A stretch of DNA of 34,582 nt from an uncultured Mycoplasma sp. (GCA_964455135.1 CAYVXN010000001.1:1-34582); one strand, 5' to 3'; positions 17,910-27,166 are shown, counted from the stretch's first letter. The notes: generated from the sequence alone by a model not told the origin. Numbers and translations: made by a program.

Positions 17910-19239
17910 AATCTTTTTTCTCTATTTCTATGACTATTTGATACTTGTCTTCGCTGTCATATTCTTCAGCTTTTATTTTGAATCCAAATTTTTCTGTGTT
18001 TTGAATTGCTTGTCTAAAGTTATTTATAGCAAATCTTAAGTCATATATATTATTAAAATTTTGTGTTTCTGGTTGCTTTTCACTTTGAACAACAGTTGGT
18101 TGATTTATTATACTAGGTGCTTGTTCTATATTAGATACTGATTGCGTATTTTGTGTTTCTAAATTTGGTAGTTTTGGTTCTTCATTTGGCATGACTGGAT
18201 CTGGTTGTTGTGTTTGTTCTACGTTTTGAACTCTTAATTTATCAAAAATATTATTTTTTGGTAATTCTGGTTCTTTATTTGGCATGACTGGATCTAGTTG
18301 TGGTGATGAGTCTTGAACCATGTTGTTTTGATGATTTTCGTTATTAAATGTTTCTTGAGACTCTATATTATTTGTATTAGGTAGATTAAGTTCATTAATG
18401 TTTTGATTAACTTGATTCATTTGTGGAATTTCCACTGAGTTTTCACTATTTATTTGTTCCTTTATTATATTGTTGTTGCTAAGATTAGTTTCTCTTGCTT
18501 GTTCATTATTTTCTGAAATTGGACTTGCAAATATTGGGTTTTGTACTACTGGATTTTGATTCATATCCATAGGAATTCTCCCTTCTGATAAATTTTGTGG
18601 TCTTGGCATTTGAATTTGATTATTTCCTAATGTTTGTCCTGTTGCATTTGATATTATTTCTTCATCAAGTTGCCTAACTGTTAACTTTTCGTTTATTACT
18701 TTATGTAATAATTCTTTTTGTCTAGAATGATCTAACCCGATTAAACTTCTTGCATGTCTTTCTGAAATTTGAGAATTAAGAAGTGCTGTTTGAACTTCTT
18801 CATCTAGTGTTAATAATCTTAGTTTGTTTGCTATAGTACTTTGTGATTTCCCTAAGTTTTGAGCTAATTCTTCTTGAGTTATATTATCTAGTTTTAGAAT
18901 TGTTTGATATGTTTTTGCTTCTTCGATTGGAGTTAAATTACTTCTTTGAAGATTTTCTAAAAGTGCTATTTTTGCAGCTTCTTTATCATCAATATCTCTT
19001 ATTAAAGCGGGAATCGTTTCTTTTCCTGCAAGTTGTGATGCTCTAAATCTTCTTTCTCCTGCGATTATTTCGTATTTATCTCCAACTTTTCTTACTATTA
19101 TTGGTTGAATTACTCCATGTTCTTTTATAGATTGTGAAAGCTCTTGAAGTGCTTCATCATCAAACATTTCTCTTGGTTGAAATCTATTTGGAATGATATC
19201 TTGTAAGGATATATCAAAAATTTCTTTTTCTAAATTCAT
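17908..19239 (-). CDS. noc: Noc-like ParB-family protein with a long Q/N/P-rich internal insertion
   Basis: 443 aa in the rsmG-noc-soj-spo0J position. Noc-type IPNRFQPR motif, GERRFRA box and an HTH region. About 200 aa of low-complexity Q/N/P-rich sequence follow, then a C-terminal FGFKIKAEEYDSEDKYQIVIEIEKKD segment resembling the Noc C-terminus. Confidence 0.8.
   Translation of the reverse strand: MNLEKEIFDISLQDIIPNRFQPREMFDDEALQELSQSIKEHGVIQPIIVRKVGDKYEIIAGERRFRASQLAGKETIPALIRDIDDKEAAKIALLENLQRSNLTPIEEAKTYQTILKLDNITQEELAQNLGKSQSTIANKLRLLTLDEEVQTALLNSQISERHARSLIGLDHSRQKELLHKVINEKLTVRQLDEEIISNATGQTLGNNQIQMPRPQNLSEGRIPMDMNQNPVVQNPIFASPISENNEQARETNLSNNNIIKEQINSENSVEIPQMNQVNQNINELNLPNTNNIESQETFNNENHQNNMVQDSSPQLDPVMPNKEPELPKNNIFDKLRVQNVEQTQQPDPVMPNEEPKLPNLETQNTQSVSNIEQAPSIINQPTVVQSEKQPETQNFNNIYDLRFAINNFRQAIQNTEKFGFKIKAEEYDSEDKYQIVIEIEKKD
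18165..18303. repeat. Two ~46-bp direct repeats, 93 bp apart, inside the noc-like low-complexity region
   Basis: 18165-18210 and 18258-18303 match at about 41 of 46 positions. They encode (Q)PDPVMPN(K/E)EP(E/K)LP twice, in frame (31 codons apart). Confidence 0.8.
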
Positions 19240-19302
19240 ATTAATCCCTCTATTCTTTTTATACTTCTTCTATGTTAACATTTTATAATAAAAAAAGAAA
19301 TT

Positions 19303-19998
19303 TTACAATGGTTTTTTCTTGATTTTTGCAAAATTTCTTGGATATTTAGTTGGAATAGGGGATATTTTTTTTATTTTTAAAATTGTTCTTTGACTGTTTT
19401 CTATTGGTAAATTAAATGTTTCTTTTTTTTCTATAGTAAGATTTAATTCTTTAATAGCATTTTGTGATTCTTTTAGTTCTTCTTCTATGTTTGCTTTCAA
19501 AAATATGAAATATCCATTTGTTTTTGGTAATTTACAGGATAGTTCTAGAAGTATATTTGTTTTTGCTACTGCTCTTGAAGTTACTATGTCAAAGGTTTCT
19601 TTTTGATAGTCTTCTATTCTACTGTTTACTGTTTTTATGTTTTTTAAATTTAATTCTTTTATTACTTTATTTAAAAATTCTATTCTTTTATTTAATGAAT
19701 CTAATAAAGTTATGTTTAGGGTAGGGAAGACTATTTTTAAAACCAATCCTGGAAAACCAGCACCTGTTCCTATGTCTATTAAACTTAAATTTTGGTTTAG
19801 ATCAATTACTTTTGTTATAGTTAATGAATCATAGAAGTGTTTTAGATATACTTCATCTTTTTGTGTTATTCTTGTTAAATTTGTTTTTTTATTTTCTTCT
19901 ATTAATAATTCATAGTATTTTTCTAGTTGCTGTTCTTGTTTTTTGGTTAGTTCTATGTTTAATTTTTTTAGTTCTTCTTTAAATTGTTCTTTATTCAT
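19303..19998 (-). CDS. rsmG: 16S rRNA (guanine527-N7)-methyltransferase RsmG (GidB)
   Basis: 231 aa with the SAM motif [11 protein letters not shown]. Conserved mnmG-rsmG pairing with an 8-nt overlap. Confidence 0.93.
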   Translation of the reverse strand: MNKEQFKEELKKLNIELTKKQEQQLEKYYELLIEENKKTNLTRITQKDEVYLKHFYDSLTITKVIDLNQNLSLIDIGTGAGFPGLVLKIVFPTLNITLLDSLNKRIEFLNKVIKELNLKNIKTVNSRIEDYQKETFDIVTSRAVAKTNILLELSCKLPKTNGYFIFLKANIEEELKESQNAIKELNLTIEKKETFNLPIENSQRTILKIKKISPIPTKYPRNFAKIKKKPL

Positions 19999-21847
19999 TT
20001 TTACCTCTTTTTAAAAAAATCATAATCATATTTATATCACTTGGATTTACTCCACTTATTCTCATTGCTTGTCCTATTGATGTAGGTTTTATTTTGTTTA
20101 GTTTTTCTCTTGCTTCAAGTGCTAAATTAGGTATTTTGTTATAATCAATGTTTTCTTTTAAAGTTATTTTTTCGTAATCTTGTAATTTTTTGGCTTCTTC
20201 TTCACTTTTTTTGATATAACCTTCGTATTTTATCATTATTTCAACTTCTTCTTCTACTTCTTTTGAGTAGTTATTTTTTATAAAAGTTTTTAAGCTTTGA
20301 ACTGTTACTTCTTGTCTTTTTAAAAGGTTATGTAGAGTAGTTTTGTCTGTTATTGGATTTAAATTATTTGTTTTTAATATTTCATTTATTTTTTTTGTTG
20401 GAGTTATTTCTTTTTCAAGTTCTTTTGTTAAACTTTTTATTTCATTTTTTTTATTTTTAAATCTTTGATAATCTTTATCTGTTACTAGACCTATTTCTTT
20501 TCCATATTCTGTTAGTCTTAAATCAGCATTATCATTTCTTAGAAGAAGGCGATATTCTGCTCTTGAGGTTAGTAGTCTGTATGGATCTTCAATACCTTTT
20601 GTTACTAAGTCATCAATTAGGACTCCGATATATGCTTCATCTCTTCTTAGGATAAGTGGTGTTTTGTTTTTTAATTTTTGATTTGCGTTTATTGCTGCGA
20701 TTAATCCTTGACATGCTGCTTCTTCGTAGCCACTTGTTCCATTTATTTGTCCTGCGGTGTAAAGGTTTTCTACTAGTTTTGTTTCTAGTGTTCTTTTTAA
20801 TGTTCTTGGGTCGATTGCATCGTATTCTATTGCATAAGCGTAGTTTAGTATTTTGGCATTTTCTAGGCCTGGTAAACTTTTTACCATTTGCTCTTGGACA
20901 TCTTTTGGCATACTGGTTGAAAATCCTTGGATATATATGGTGTCATAGTATTTGCTTTCTGGTTCTAGGAATAGTTGATGACGTTCTTTGTCACTAAATC
21001 TTACTATTTTATCTTCAATTGAGGGACAATATCTTGGTCCAATTCCTTCGGCATAACCTCCATACATTGCTGATTTTTCTAAATTTTTATTGATTATTTC
21101 GTGTGTTTCTTTGGTTGTATAGATAAGGTAACAGTTTTCTTGGTTTTCTGGACTGTACATTACTTTATTTTGATAAGAGAAGGTTAGGGGAGTTTCTGAT
21201 CCTTTTTCTGTGTTTGTTTTTGTGTAATCTATGGTATCTTTTTTTATTCTTGGAGGAGTTCCTGTTTTTAGTCTTTTTACTTGGAAACCTAGATTTTTTA
21301 AGTCTTTACTTAAGTTTAGTTCTGTTTCTTCTCCATGTGGTCCTTCTTTTTTCTTGGTGTTTCCTATTAGAATGTTTGAGTTAAGATAGGTTCCTGTTGT
21401 TAAGATTACTGCTTTAGATAGAATTTTTTCTTTTTCTCTTGTTAGGACTCCTTTTATTTTATTATTTTCTACTATTAGGTGTTCTACTAGGGTTTCTTTT
21501 ATTTCCAAGTTTTCTTGATTTTGGATTGTTTCTAACATATTTTTTTGATAATCTACTTTATCTATTTGAGCGCGTAATGCCCAGACTGCAGGTCCTTTTC
21601 TAGTATTTAATTTTTTTATTTGAAGAATTGATTTGTCGGTGTTTTTTGCCATTTCTCCACCTAAAGCATCTATTTCTCTTACTACGATACCTTTTGCAGG
21701 TCCTCCGATTGAGGGGTTACATGGTGCATCTGCAATGTTTTTTATGTTACCTGTTATTAGGAGGGTTTTATTGTTAAGTCTAGCGGATGCTAGTGCGGCT
21801 TCACAACCTGCATGTCCTCCGCCTACTACGATTATGTCATAATTCAT
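19991..21847 (-). CDS. mnmG: tRNA uridine 5-carboxymethylaminomethyl modification enzyme MnmG (GidA)
   Basis: 618 aa. FAD motif [16 protein letters not shown], plus [11 protein letters not shown] and [11 protein letters not shown] blocks. Confidence 0.97.
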   Translation of the reverse strand: MNYDIIVVGGGHAGCEAALASARLNNKTLLITGNIKNIADAPCNPSIGGPAKGIVVREIDALGGEMAKNTDKSILQIKKLNTRKGPAVWALRAQIDKVDYQKNMLETIQNQENLEIKETLVEHLIVENNKIKGVLTREKEKILSKAVILTTGTYLNSNILIGNTKKKEGPHGEETELNLSKDLKNLGFQVKRLKTGTPPRIKKDTIDYTKTNTEKGSETPLTFSYQNKVMYSPENQENCYLIYTTKETHEIINKNLEKSAMYGGYAEGIGPRYCPSIEDKIVRFSDKERHQLFLEPESKYYDTIYIQGFSTSMPKDVQEQMVKSLPGLENAKILNYAYAIEYDAIDPRTLKRTLETKLVENLYTAGQINGTSGYEEAACQGLIAAINANQKLKNKTPLILRRDEAYIGVLIDDLVTKGIEDPYRLLTSRAEYRLLLRNDNADLRLTEYGKEIGLVTDKDYQRFKNKKNEIKSLTKELEKEITPTKKINEILKTNNLNPITDKTTLHNLLKRQEVTVQSLKTFIKNNYSKEVEEEVEIMIKYEGYIKKSEEEAKKLQDYEKITLKENIDYNKIPNLALEAREKLNKIKPTSIGQAMRISGVNPSDINMIMIFLKRGKNE

Positions 21848-21877
21848 TTTTATTTCACCTCGTTTTATTGCGTTTGT

Positions 21878-21906
21878 ATTGTAGCATATTTTTTATATTT
21901 AAACAA
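21878..21906 (-). promoter_or_regulatory. Candidate promoter of mnmG-rsmG
   Basis: The minus strand reads TTGTTT (21906-21901), 17 nt, TGC-TACAAT (21883-21878), with a TGn extension. A GAGGTG SD precedes the ATG. Confidence 0.5.
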
Positions 21907-21907
21907 G

Positions 21908-21930
21908 AAAAAAGCCTTTATTGTGGCTTT
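21908..21930 (-). terminator. Intrinsic terminator after mnmE
   Basis: AAAGCC (21911-21916) pairs with GGCTTT (21925-21930) around an 8-nt loop. The minus-strand RNA continues UUUUUUCUUG. Confidence 0.65.
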
Positions 21931-21933
21931 GAT

Positions 21934-23277
21934 TTATTTTCCAACACAAAAGTTTTTAAATAAATTATCTAATAGTTCTTCGGTATAGGTTTCTCCGATT
22001 ACTTCGCCAAGTGTTTGCCAAATGTTTTTTAGATCTACTTCTATTAAGTCGATTGGAGTGTTATTTTTAAGTCCTTCTTTAATACTTATTATGTTTTCTT
22101 TTGATTTTTCTATTTTATTTAATTGTTCTATGTTTGAGACATAGCAAAAGTCATTTGTTTCTAGTTCTTCTAGGGAAAACATTTCTTTTATTTTTTTAAT
22201 TAAGTTTTCTATACCTGTTTCACTTGTTGTTGTGGTGTAAACTATGTTTTCTTCTTTTAGATTTAGATTTGTTTTTAGATCTGATTTATTAGCAACAATG
22301 ATTCTTTTTTTATTTTTTGATATTTCTAGTAATTTTTTATCTTCTTCTGTTAGGGGTTCATTACTGTTTAATACTAGCAATACTAAATCAGCTTGCTGTA
22401 AGGCTTGTTTTGATTTTTCTACTCCTATTTTTTCTACAATATCTTCTGTTTCTCTTATTCCGGCGGTATCTATTAGGTTTAAAGTTATTCCGTTTAGGTT
22501 AAGATGAGCTTCTACTATGTCTCTTGTTGTTCCTGGAATATTTGTTACTATGGCTTTTTCTTCTTCGATTAGTTTATTTAGAATACTGCTTTTTCCAACA
22601 TTTGGTCTTCCTATTATTGCAACATTTATTCCTGATGTTAAGAGTTTACTTGTTTTTGAGTTTTCTATTATTTTATTTAAGTCTTCTTCTATGTTATCTA
22701 TTTCGTTTTCTATTGTTTTTGTTGTTATTTCTTCTATATCTTGATACTCTGGATAATCTATATTTACTTCGATATTACTTATTATTTTTACTAATTTTTC
22801 TCTTAATCTTTTTATTTTGTTTGTTGTTGTGCCTGTTAGATTATTTATGGCTATTTTTCTTGCTTTTTCATTTTTTCCATTTATTAAATCCATTACTGCT
22901 TGGGATTTTGTTAGGTCTATTCTTCCATTTAAAAATGCTCTTTTTGTAAATTCACCTGGTTCTGCTAGTCTTATTTCTTGTTTTAGAAGTAATTCTAGTA
23001 CTTTTTCTGTAGTTGCAATTCCTCCGTGACAATTTATTTCTACGGTGTCTTCAGTTGTAAATGTTTTTGGACTTTTCATTATTGTTATTAGAACTTCATC
23101 TATTATTTCATCTTTTTCTTTTATGTATCCATAGGATACTGTATGACTTTCTTTTGTTGTTAAATCAATACTTGTTAATTTATTTACTTTTTGTATTGAA
23201 TCTTTTCCTGATACTCTGATTATTGAAATTGCACCGACTCCTAGAGTTGTGGAAATTGCAGCGATAGTATCATTCAT
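21934..23277 (-). CDS. mnmE: tRNA modification GTPase MnmE (TrmE)
   Basis: 447 aa. N-terminal DTIAAISTTLGVGAISIIRVSG, G-domain GRPNVGKSS / DTAGIRE / NKSD, and the C-terminal CVGK motif. Confidence 0.97.
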   Translation of the reverse strand: MNDTIAAISTTLGVGAISIIRVSGKDSIQKVNKLTSIDLTTKESHTVSYGYIKEKDEIIDEVLITIMKSPKTFTTEDTVEINCHGGIATTEKVLELLLKQEIRLAEPGEFTKRAFLNGRIDLTKSQAVMDLINGKNEKARKIAINNLTGTTTNKIKRLREKLVKIISNIEVNIDYPEYQDIEEITTKTIENEIDNIEEDLNKIIENSKTSKLLTSGINVAIIGRPNVGKSSILNKLIEEEKAIVTNIPGTTRDIVEAHLNLNGITLNLIDTAGIRETEDIVEKIGVEKSKQALQQADLVLLVLNSNEPLTEEDKKLLEISKNKKRIIVANKSDLKTNLNLKEENIVYTTTTSETGIENLIKKIKEMFSLEELETNDFCYVSNIEQLNKIEKSKENIISIKEGLKNNTPIDLIEVDLKNIWQTLGEVIGETYTEELLDNLFKNFCVGK

Positions 23278-23308
23278 TTTTTTTGCCTCCTTTAATGAAA
23301 AAAGAAGA

Positions 23309-23920
23309 TTATTTTTCTTCTTTTGGTTTTATAACAACGTGTCTATTTGGTTCTTCTCCTTCAGATTCTGTTATTACATCTTTTGAATTTGTTAAAATGT
23401 TATGAATTATTCTTCTTTCGTATGAATTCATTGGTTCTAGATGTGCTTCTATTTTTGTTTTTGCTACTTCTTTTGCGGTATATTTTGCTGTTTTTTCTAA
23501 TCTTTTTCTTCTATTTGATTTATAATCGTTTACATCTATTATAAATCTGTAATAAGTGTTTAGATTTGTACTTATCATTTGATTTGTTATGTTTTGAAGA
23601 GCTTCGATAGTTCTACCATTTTTTCCTATTAAGATTGATATATCTGGTGCGATTAGGTTAAATATTGGGGTTTCTTCTCTTGTTTTTGTTTCTATTTTTG
23701 CATTTATTCCCATGTTTTTTACTATCTTTGTTATATAATCTTTTATTTCTTTATTTAGTTCTTCTTTTGTTATTGCTTCTATTTCTACTTTTTTGGAAAA
23801 AAGTGATTTTTTTATTTCTTTTTCTACTATGACTAATTCATTTTCATTAGCGTTTAATCCTTCGGTTGCGTTTATAATTGCTTCTTCTTTGGTTTTTCCG
23901 GAAAATGTTTGTTTATTCAT
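23309..23920 (-). CDS. jag: RNA-binding protein Jag/KhpB (Jag_N, KH and R3H domains)
   Basis: 203 aa. Jag_N (GKTKEEAIINATEGL), KH-like GKNGRTIEALQ and R3H (ERRIIHNIL). Conserved yidC-jag pairing. Confidence 0.9.
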   Translation of the reverse strand: MNKQTFSGKTKEEAIINATEGLNANENELVIVEKEIKKSLFSKKVEIEAITKEELNKEIKDYITKIVKNMGINAKIETKTREETPIFNLIAPDISILIGKNGRTIEALQNITNQMISTNLNTYYRFIIDVNDYKSNRRKRLEKTAKYTAKEVAKTKIEAHLEPMNSYERRIIHNILTNSKDVITESEGEEPNRHVVIKPKEEK

Positions 23921-24842
23921 GTTTGTTCCTCCTTGTTAATGCAAAATTTTGGAATATTGTAAATAATGATGATGTTATCCAGTAGAATGCTATTGCTGTT
24001 GGCAATGTAAATGACATAAATCCTATAAAGATAGTCATTACTGTTGTCATCATTTTTTGTTGTTTTGCCATTTGATCATTTACTGCCATTGATGGATTTA
24101 ATTTATAAGAGAAGTAGGTTACTGCGATTAGAATTATACAAATTATTATATAATACCAATCTCCAGATGACATTGCGGATAGGGGAGTTGTTCCCATGTT
24201 TATTCCTAAGAATTTTTCTTCAAATATTGCTGGAACTCTATTTATTGCTTCCCAGAAAGCTAGAAGTATTGGTAATTGAATAAATGCAAATAAACAACCT
24301 GATAATGGTTTTATTTCGTATTTTTTATATACTGCCATCATTTCAGTACTTTTCTTTGTCATTGATTCTTGATCTGTTTTTCCTTCATATTTTTTTTCTA
24401 TTCTTGTTAATTCTGGTTGAGCTTTTTTCATATTTTCTGATTGAAGTAATGTTTTTCTAGTCATTGGGAAAAGCGCGAATCTTAAAATTAGTGTAATTAT
24501 TACTATTGATATTGCTGTCGATCCTACGAGTGAGCCTATTTTTATGATGATAAATGCAAGTGGTCTTACAAAAAGTGTATTCCATATTCCTTCGTAATCA
24601 CCGACAATTTTCATATCATCACAATCTGGAAGTTTTTCTATATTTACTTTGTTTTCTTCGTATAGTTTTATGCTTTCTTTGTCTGTAGGTTTACAAATAA
24701 TATTTTCTGTTATTGCTTGACCTGTTTCTTCATTTTTAACTATTTTTCCTTCTTTATCTTTTAATGTAGTTGTACAACCGGTTAAAGTTACTAATAATAC
24801 TAAGACTATTAGCGCTTTTAGAATTTTGTTTTGTTTTTTCAT
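23913..24842 (-). CDS. yidC: Membrane protein insertase YidC (SpoIIIJ/YidC1 type lipoprotein)
   Basis: 309 aa with the lipobox LTLTGC, a 60-kDa-IMP core with five TM segments, and a basic C-terminal tail. Confidence 0.93.
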   Translation of the reverse strand: MKKQNKILKALIVLVLLVTLTGCTTTLKDKEGKIVKNEETGQAITENIICKPTDKESIKLYEENKVNIEKLPDCDDMKIVGDYEGIWNTLFVRPLAFIIIKIGSLVGSTAISIVIITLILRFALFPMTRKTLLQSENMKKAQPELTRIEKKYEGKTDQESMTKKSTEMMAVYKKYEIKPLSGCLFAFIQLPILLAFWEAINRVPAIFEEKFLGINMGTTPLSAMSSGDWYYIIICIILIAVTYFSYKLNPSMAVNDQMAKQQKMMTTVMTIFIGFMSFTLPTAIAFYWITSSLFTIFQNFALTRRNKHE

Positions 24843-24843
24843 A

Positions 24844-25176
24844 CTATTCTCCTTTTATTTTTTTGAAAAGATATATTAATTCTTTTTCTAATTCTTGATA
24901 TGTTAAATCTAGAGTTTGTTTTTTTGCTATAATTATGTAATTTTGATTATGTTGGTATATATTTTTATTATTATCTATGACAGATTTTATTCTTCTTTTT
25001 AATTTATTTCTTGTTACTGCGTTTCCTATGTGTTTTGTGAATGTTATACCAAATTTTGGAATATTTTCATTATTTTTTTCTTTATTTATAATGAAATATT
25101 TACTAGCTTTTCCTTGATGTTTTTTTATTATTCTATTAAAATCTTTTGACTTTTGAACAATATTTTGTTTTTTCAT
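24844..25176 (-). CDS. rnpA: Ribonuclease P protein component
   Basis: Basic protein with the RnpA RNR-like block AVTRNKLKRRIK, immediately downstream of rpmH. I prefer the ATG at 25176, 5 nt after GGAGG (25186-25182). The track start at 25194 is a TTG. Confidence 0.9.
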   Translation of the reverse strand: MKKQNIVQKSKDFNRIIKKHQGKASKYFIINKEKNNENIPKFGITFTKHIGNAVTRNKLKRRIKSVIDNNKNIYQHNQNYIIIAKKQTLDLTYQELEKELIYLFKKIKGE

Positions 25177-25195
25177 TGTTACCTCCATAATCAAA

Positions 25196-25215
25196 AATCC
25201 ACTTTTTAGTGGATT
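25196..25215 (-). terminator. Hairpin between rpmH and rnpA (partial terminator or processing signal)
   Basis: AATCCACT pairs with AGTGGATT around a 4-nt loop, a perfect 8-bp stem. It starts 2 nt after the rpmH stop. The minus-strand RNA continues UUUUGA. Confidence 0.45.
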
Positions 25216-25216
25216 A

Positions 25217-25342
25217 CTATTTTGATAAGTTTTTTCTTCCTTTTCTTCTTCTTTTATTAATAATTCCAGATTTCATACGTGAGAAAAAACCATGTTTTTT
25301 CTTCATTCTTCGATTATTTGGTTGAAAAGTTCCTTTTTTCAC
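25217..25342 (-). CDS. rpmH: 50S ribosomal protein L34 (not in ORF track; GTG start)
   Basis: Hand translation gives (M)KKGTFQPNNRRMKKKHGFFSRMKSGIINKRRRKGRKNLSK, 41 aa. The TFQPNN...HGF..RM...GR..L..RR.KGRK signature is L34. GGAGGTG lies 7 nt upstream of the GTG. Confidence 0.9.
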   Translation of the reverse strand: MKKGTFQPNNRRMKKKHGFFSRMKSGIINKRRRKGRKNLSK

Positions 25343-25373
25343 TTCTTGCACCTCCAGTCAATTTATCGGTATT

Positions 25374-25403
25374 ATTGTATATGAAAAACTAGTTATTTGT
25401 CAA
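25374..25403 (-). promoter_or_regulatory. Candidate rpmH promoter
   Basis: The minus strand reads TTGACA (25403-25398), 18 nt, TACAAT (25379-25374). Confidence 0.45.
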
Positions 25404-25411
25404 TATTTTTT

Positions 25412-25570
25412 GAGTTATTAACAAAATTAACGTTAATTAACTTTTTAACTATTAACAATTGTTAATTTGTTAATAAAAAAATTGTTGAAATTTGTTAAAA
25501 AGTATTTTATAGTATTGTGATAAAAGGAAATTGACTGTTGATAAGTCTGTTAATAAGTCTGTTAATAACT
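25412..25570. promoter_or_regulatory. oriC part 1: DnaA-box cluster upstream of dnaA
   Basis: Perfect TTATTAACA sits at 25415-25423. Perfect reverse boxes TGTTAATAA sit at 25468-25476, 25548-25556 and 25560-25568, and TGTTGATAA at 25536-25544. The last three form a 12-bp tandem array, CTGTTGATAAGT CTGTTAATAAGT CTGTTAATAACT. Several 7-8/9 boxes lie in between. Confidence 0.8.
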
Positions 25571-25649
25571 TTTTTCACTTTTCAAAAATTAAAAATTGTA
25601 TTACAATTGTTTTAGGTTGTAAATACTTTATAGATGGGGAGATGGTATT

Positions 25650-27026
25650 ATGGATAACAATTTGTTGTGGCAAAAAGTATTAGATAATATCAGTAATATC
25701 GTTGATCCTTTATCTTTTGAAACTTGGTTTAAGAATATTGATTTTATTGGTATTGTAGATGATAAAATAAGACTTGTTATTCCTATTATGTGGTATAAGA
25801 GTCATATTGAACAAAACTATAAGGATATTATTTTAAATAGTTTTAATAACTTATTAACAAGTCCTGTTGATAGTATTATCTATATTTTAAAGGATAACGT
25901 TGAAGATGTTTTGGAGCGGGATAAAGAAAAGAATATTTCTAGTGTCAGTATACCTAATTCTTCTAATTATGCTTTAAATCATGAATCTAATTTGAAGAAA
26001 AATTATACTTTTGAAAATTTTATTGTTGGGGAATCTAATAAATTTGCTCAAGCTGCTGCGCTTGCTGTTGCTGAAAATCCTGGAACTATGTATAATCCTT
26101 TGTTTATTTATGGTAATAGTGGTCTTGGTAAAACTCATTTGATGCATGCTATTGGTAATTATATTGAAACTAAATATAAGAAAAAAGTATTGTATGTTAC
26201 TAGTGATGATTTTATGAATGATTTTACTGGACTTGCTAGAAAAAACAATAATGTTAACAATTTGGATTATGTTGAGTTTTTTAAGAATAAATATAGGAAT
26301 GTTGATGTTCTTTTAATAGATGATATTCAGTTTTTAGGAGGAGCAGAAAAGACTCAGCAAGAGTTTTTCCACACTTTTAACAATTTATATAATGATAGTA
26401 AACAAATTATTGTTTCTTCTGATAGGTCTCCGGAAGATTTAAAAGTGCTTGAAGATAGACTTAGGACTCGTTTTGCTTGGGGGCTTCAAGTTGATATTAG
26501 TCCTCCAGATTATTCTCTTAAAGTTGCTATTATTAAGAATAAATTAAAAAGAGAGAATATTGTTATTGGAGAAGATGTTATTTCTTATATTGCTTCAAAT
26601 ATTGGTAATGATGTTAGACAACTTGAGGGTTCTATTACTAGACTTGTTGCATATTCTGCTATTATGTGTGAAAATAATATTACTTTAGAATTTGCTATGG
26701 AAGCTTTAAGAGACTTCACTAAAAGGGATGCTGTTACTGATCAAAATGATATAAGACGTATTCAAAAGAGTGTAGCTAATTTTTATAATATTTCTTTTGA
26801 AGATATGAAATCTAAGAAAAGAACTCCAAATCTTGCTATTCCTAGACAGGTTGCTATGTATTTGTGTAGAAAGCTTACTGATGAGTCTTTTGAGAGAATA
26901 GGGATAGAGTTTTCTGGAAAAAATCATGCTACTGTTATTCATGCTTGTAATAAAATTGAAAATGAGATGAAAATTAATAAAGATTTAAATGATGCAATTG
27001 TTAATATTGAGAAGCAATTAACATAA
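25650..27026 (+). CDS. dnaA: Chromosomal replication initiator protein DnaA
   Basis: 458 aa. AAA+ Walker A GNSGLGKTHLMHAIGN, Walker B LLIDDIQF, and sensor/arginine-finger blocks. The domain IV signature reads KNHATVIHA where the canonical sequence is RDHTTVIHA. Confidence 0.98.
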   Translation: MDNNLLWQKVLDNISNIVDPLSFETWFKNIDFIGIVDDKIRLVIPIMWYKSHIEQNYKDIILNSFNNLLTSPVDSIIYILKDNVEDVLERDKEKNISSVSIPNSSNYALNHESNLKKNYTFENFIVGESNKFAQAAALAVAENPGTMYNPLFIYGNSGLGKTHLMHAIGNYIETKYKKKVLYVTSDDFMNDFTGLARKNNNVNNLDYVEFFKNKYRNVDVLLIDDIQFLGGAEKTQQEFFHTFNNLYNDSKQIIVSSDRSPEDLKVLEDRLRTRFAWGLQVDISPPDYSLKVAIIKNKLKRENIVIGEDVISYIASNIGNDVRQLEGSITRLVAYSAIMCENNITLEFAMEALRDFTKRDAVTDQNDIRRIQKSVANFYNISFEDMKSKKRTPNLAIPRQVAMYLCRKLTDESFERIGIEFSGKNHATVIHACNKIENEMKINKDLNDAIVNIEKQLT

Positions 27027-27038
27027 TTTTGTTAAAAT

Positions 27039-27150
27039 TGTTGATAGATATTAACAAGAAAAAGAGATATTAACTGTTGATATATAAGGGCTTTGTGAGT
27101 TATTAACATTATTAACAGTAATAATATAAATAATATAATAATAAAAAAAG
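27039..27150. promoter_or_regulatory. oriC part 2: DnaA boxes plus an A-centred triplet array / AT-rich unwinding candidate between dnaA and dnaN
   Basis: TGTTGATAG abuts ATATTAACA at 27039-27056, and TGTTGATAT sits at 27075-27083. Two abutting perfect TTATTAACA boxes occupy 27100-27117. After one G come 10 successive triplets (27119-27148: TAA TAA TAT AAA TAA TAT AAT AAT AAA AAA), all with a central A. Confidence 0.75.
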
Positions 27151-27166
27151 AAAGAAGGTTTTAAAA

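Noticed and set aside
1081-24283. Plus-strand ORFs of 60-196 aa overlapping the minus-strand genes (for example 1081-1476, 8408-8779, 9263-9697, 12629-13219, 20656-20997, 22524-22949).
   Set aside because: All are antisense shadows of well-supported genes. Their products are F/L/S/I-rich junk with no RBS and no recognisable motifs.
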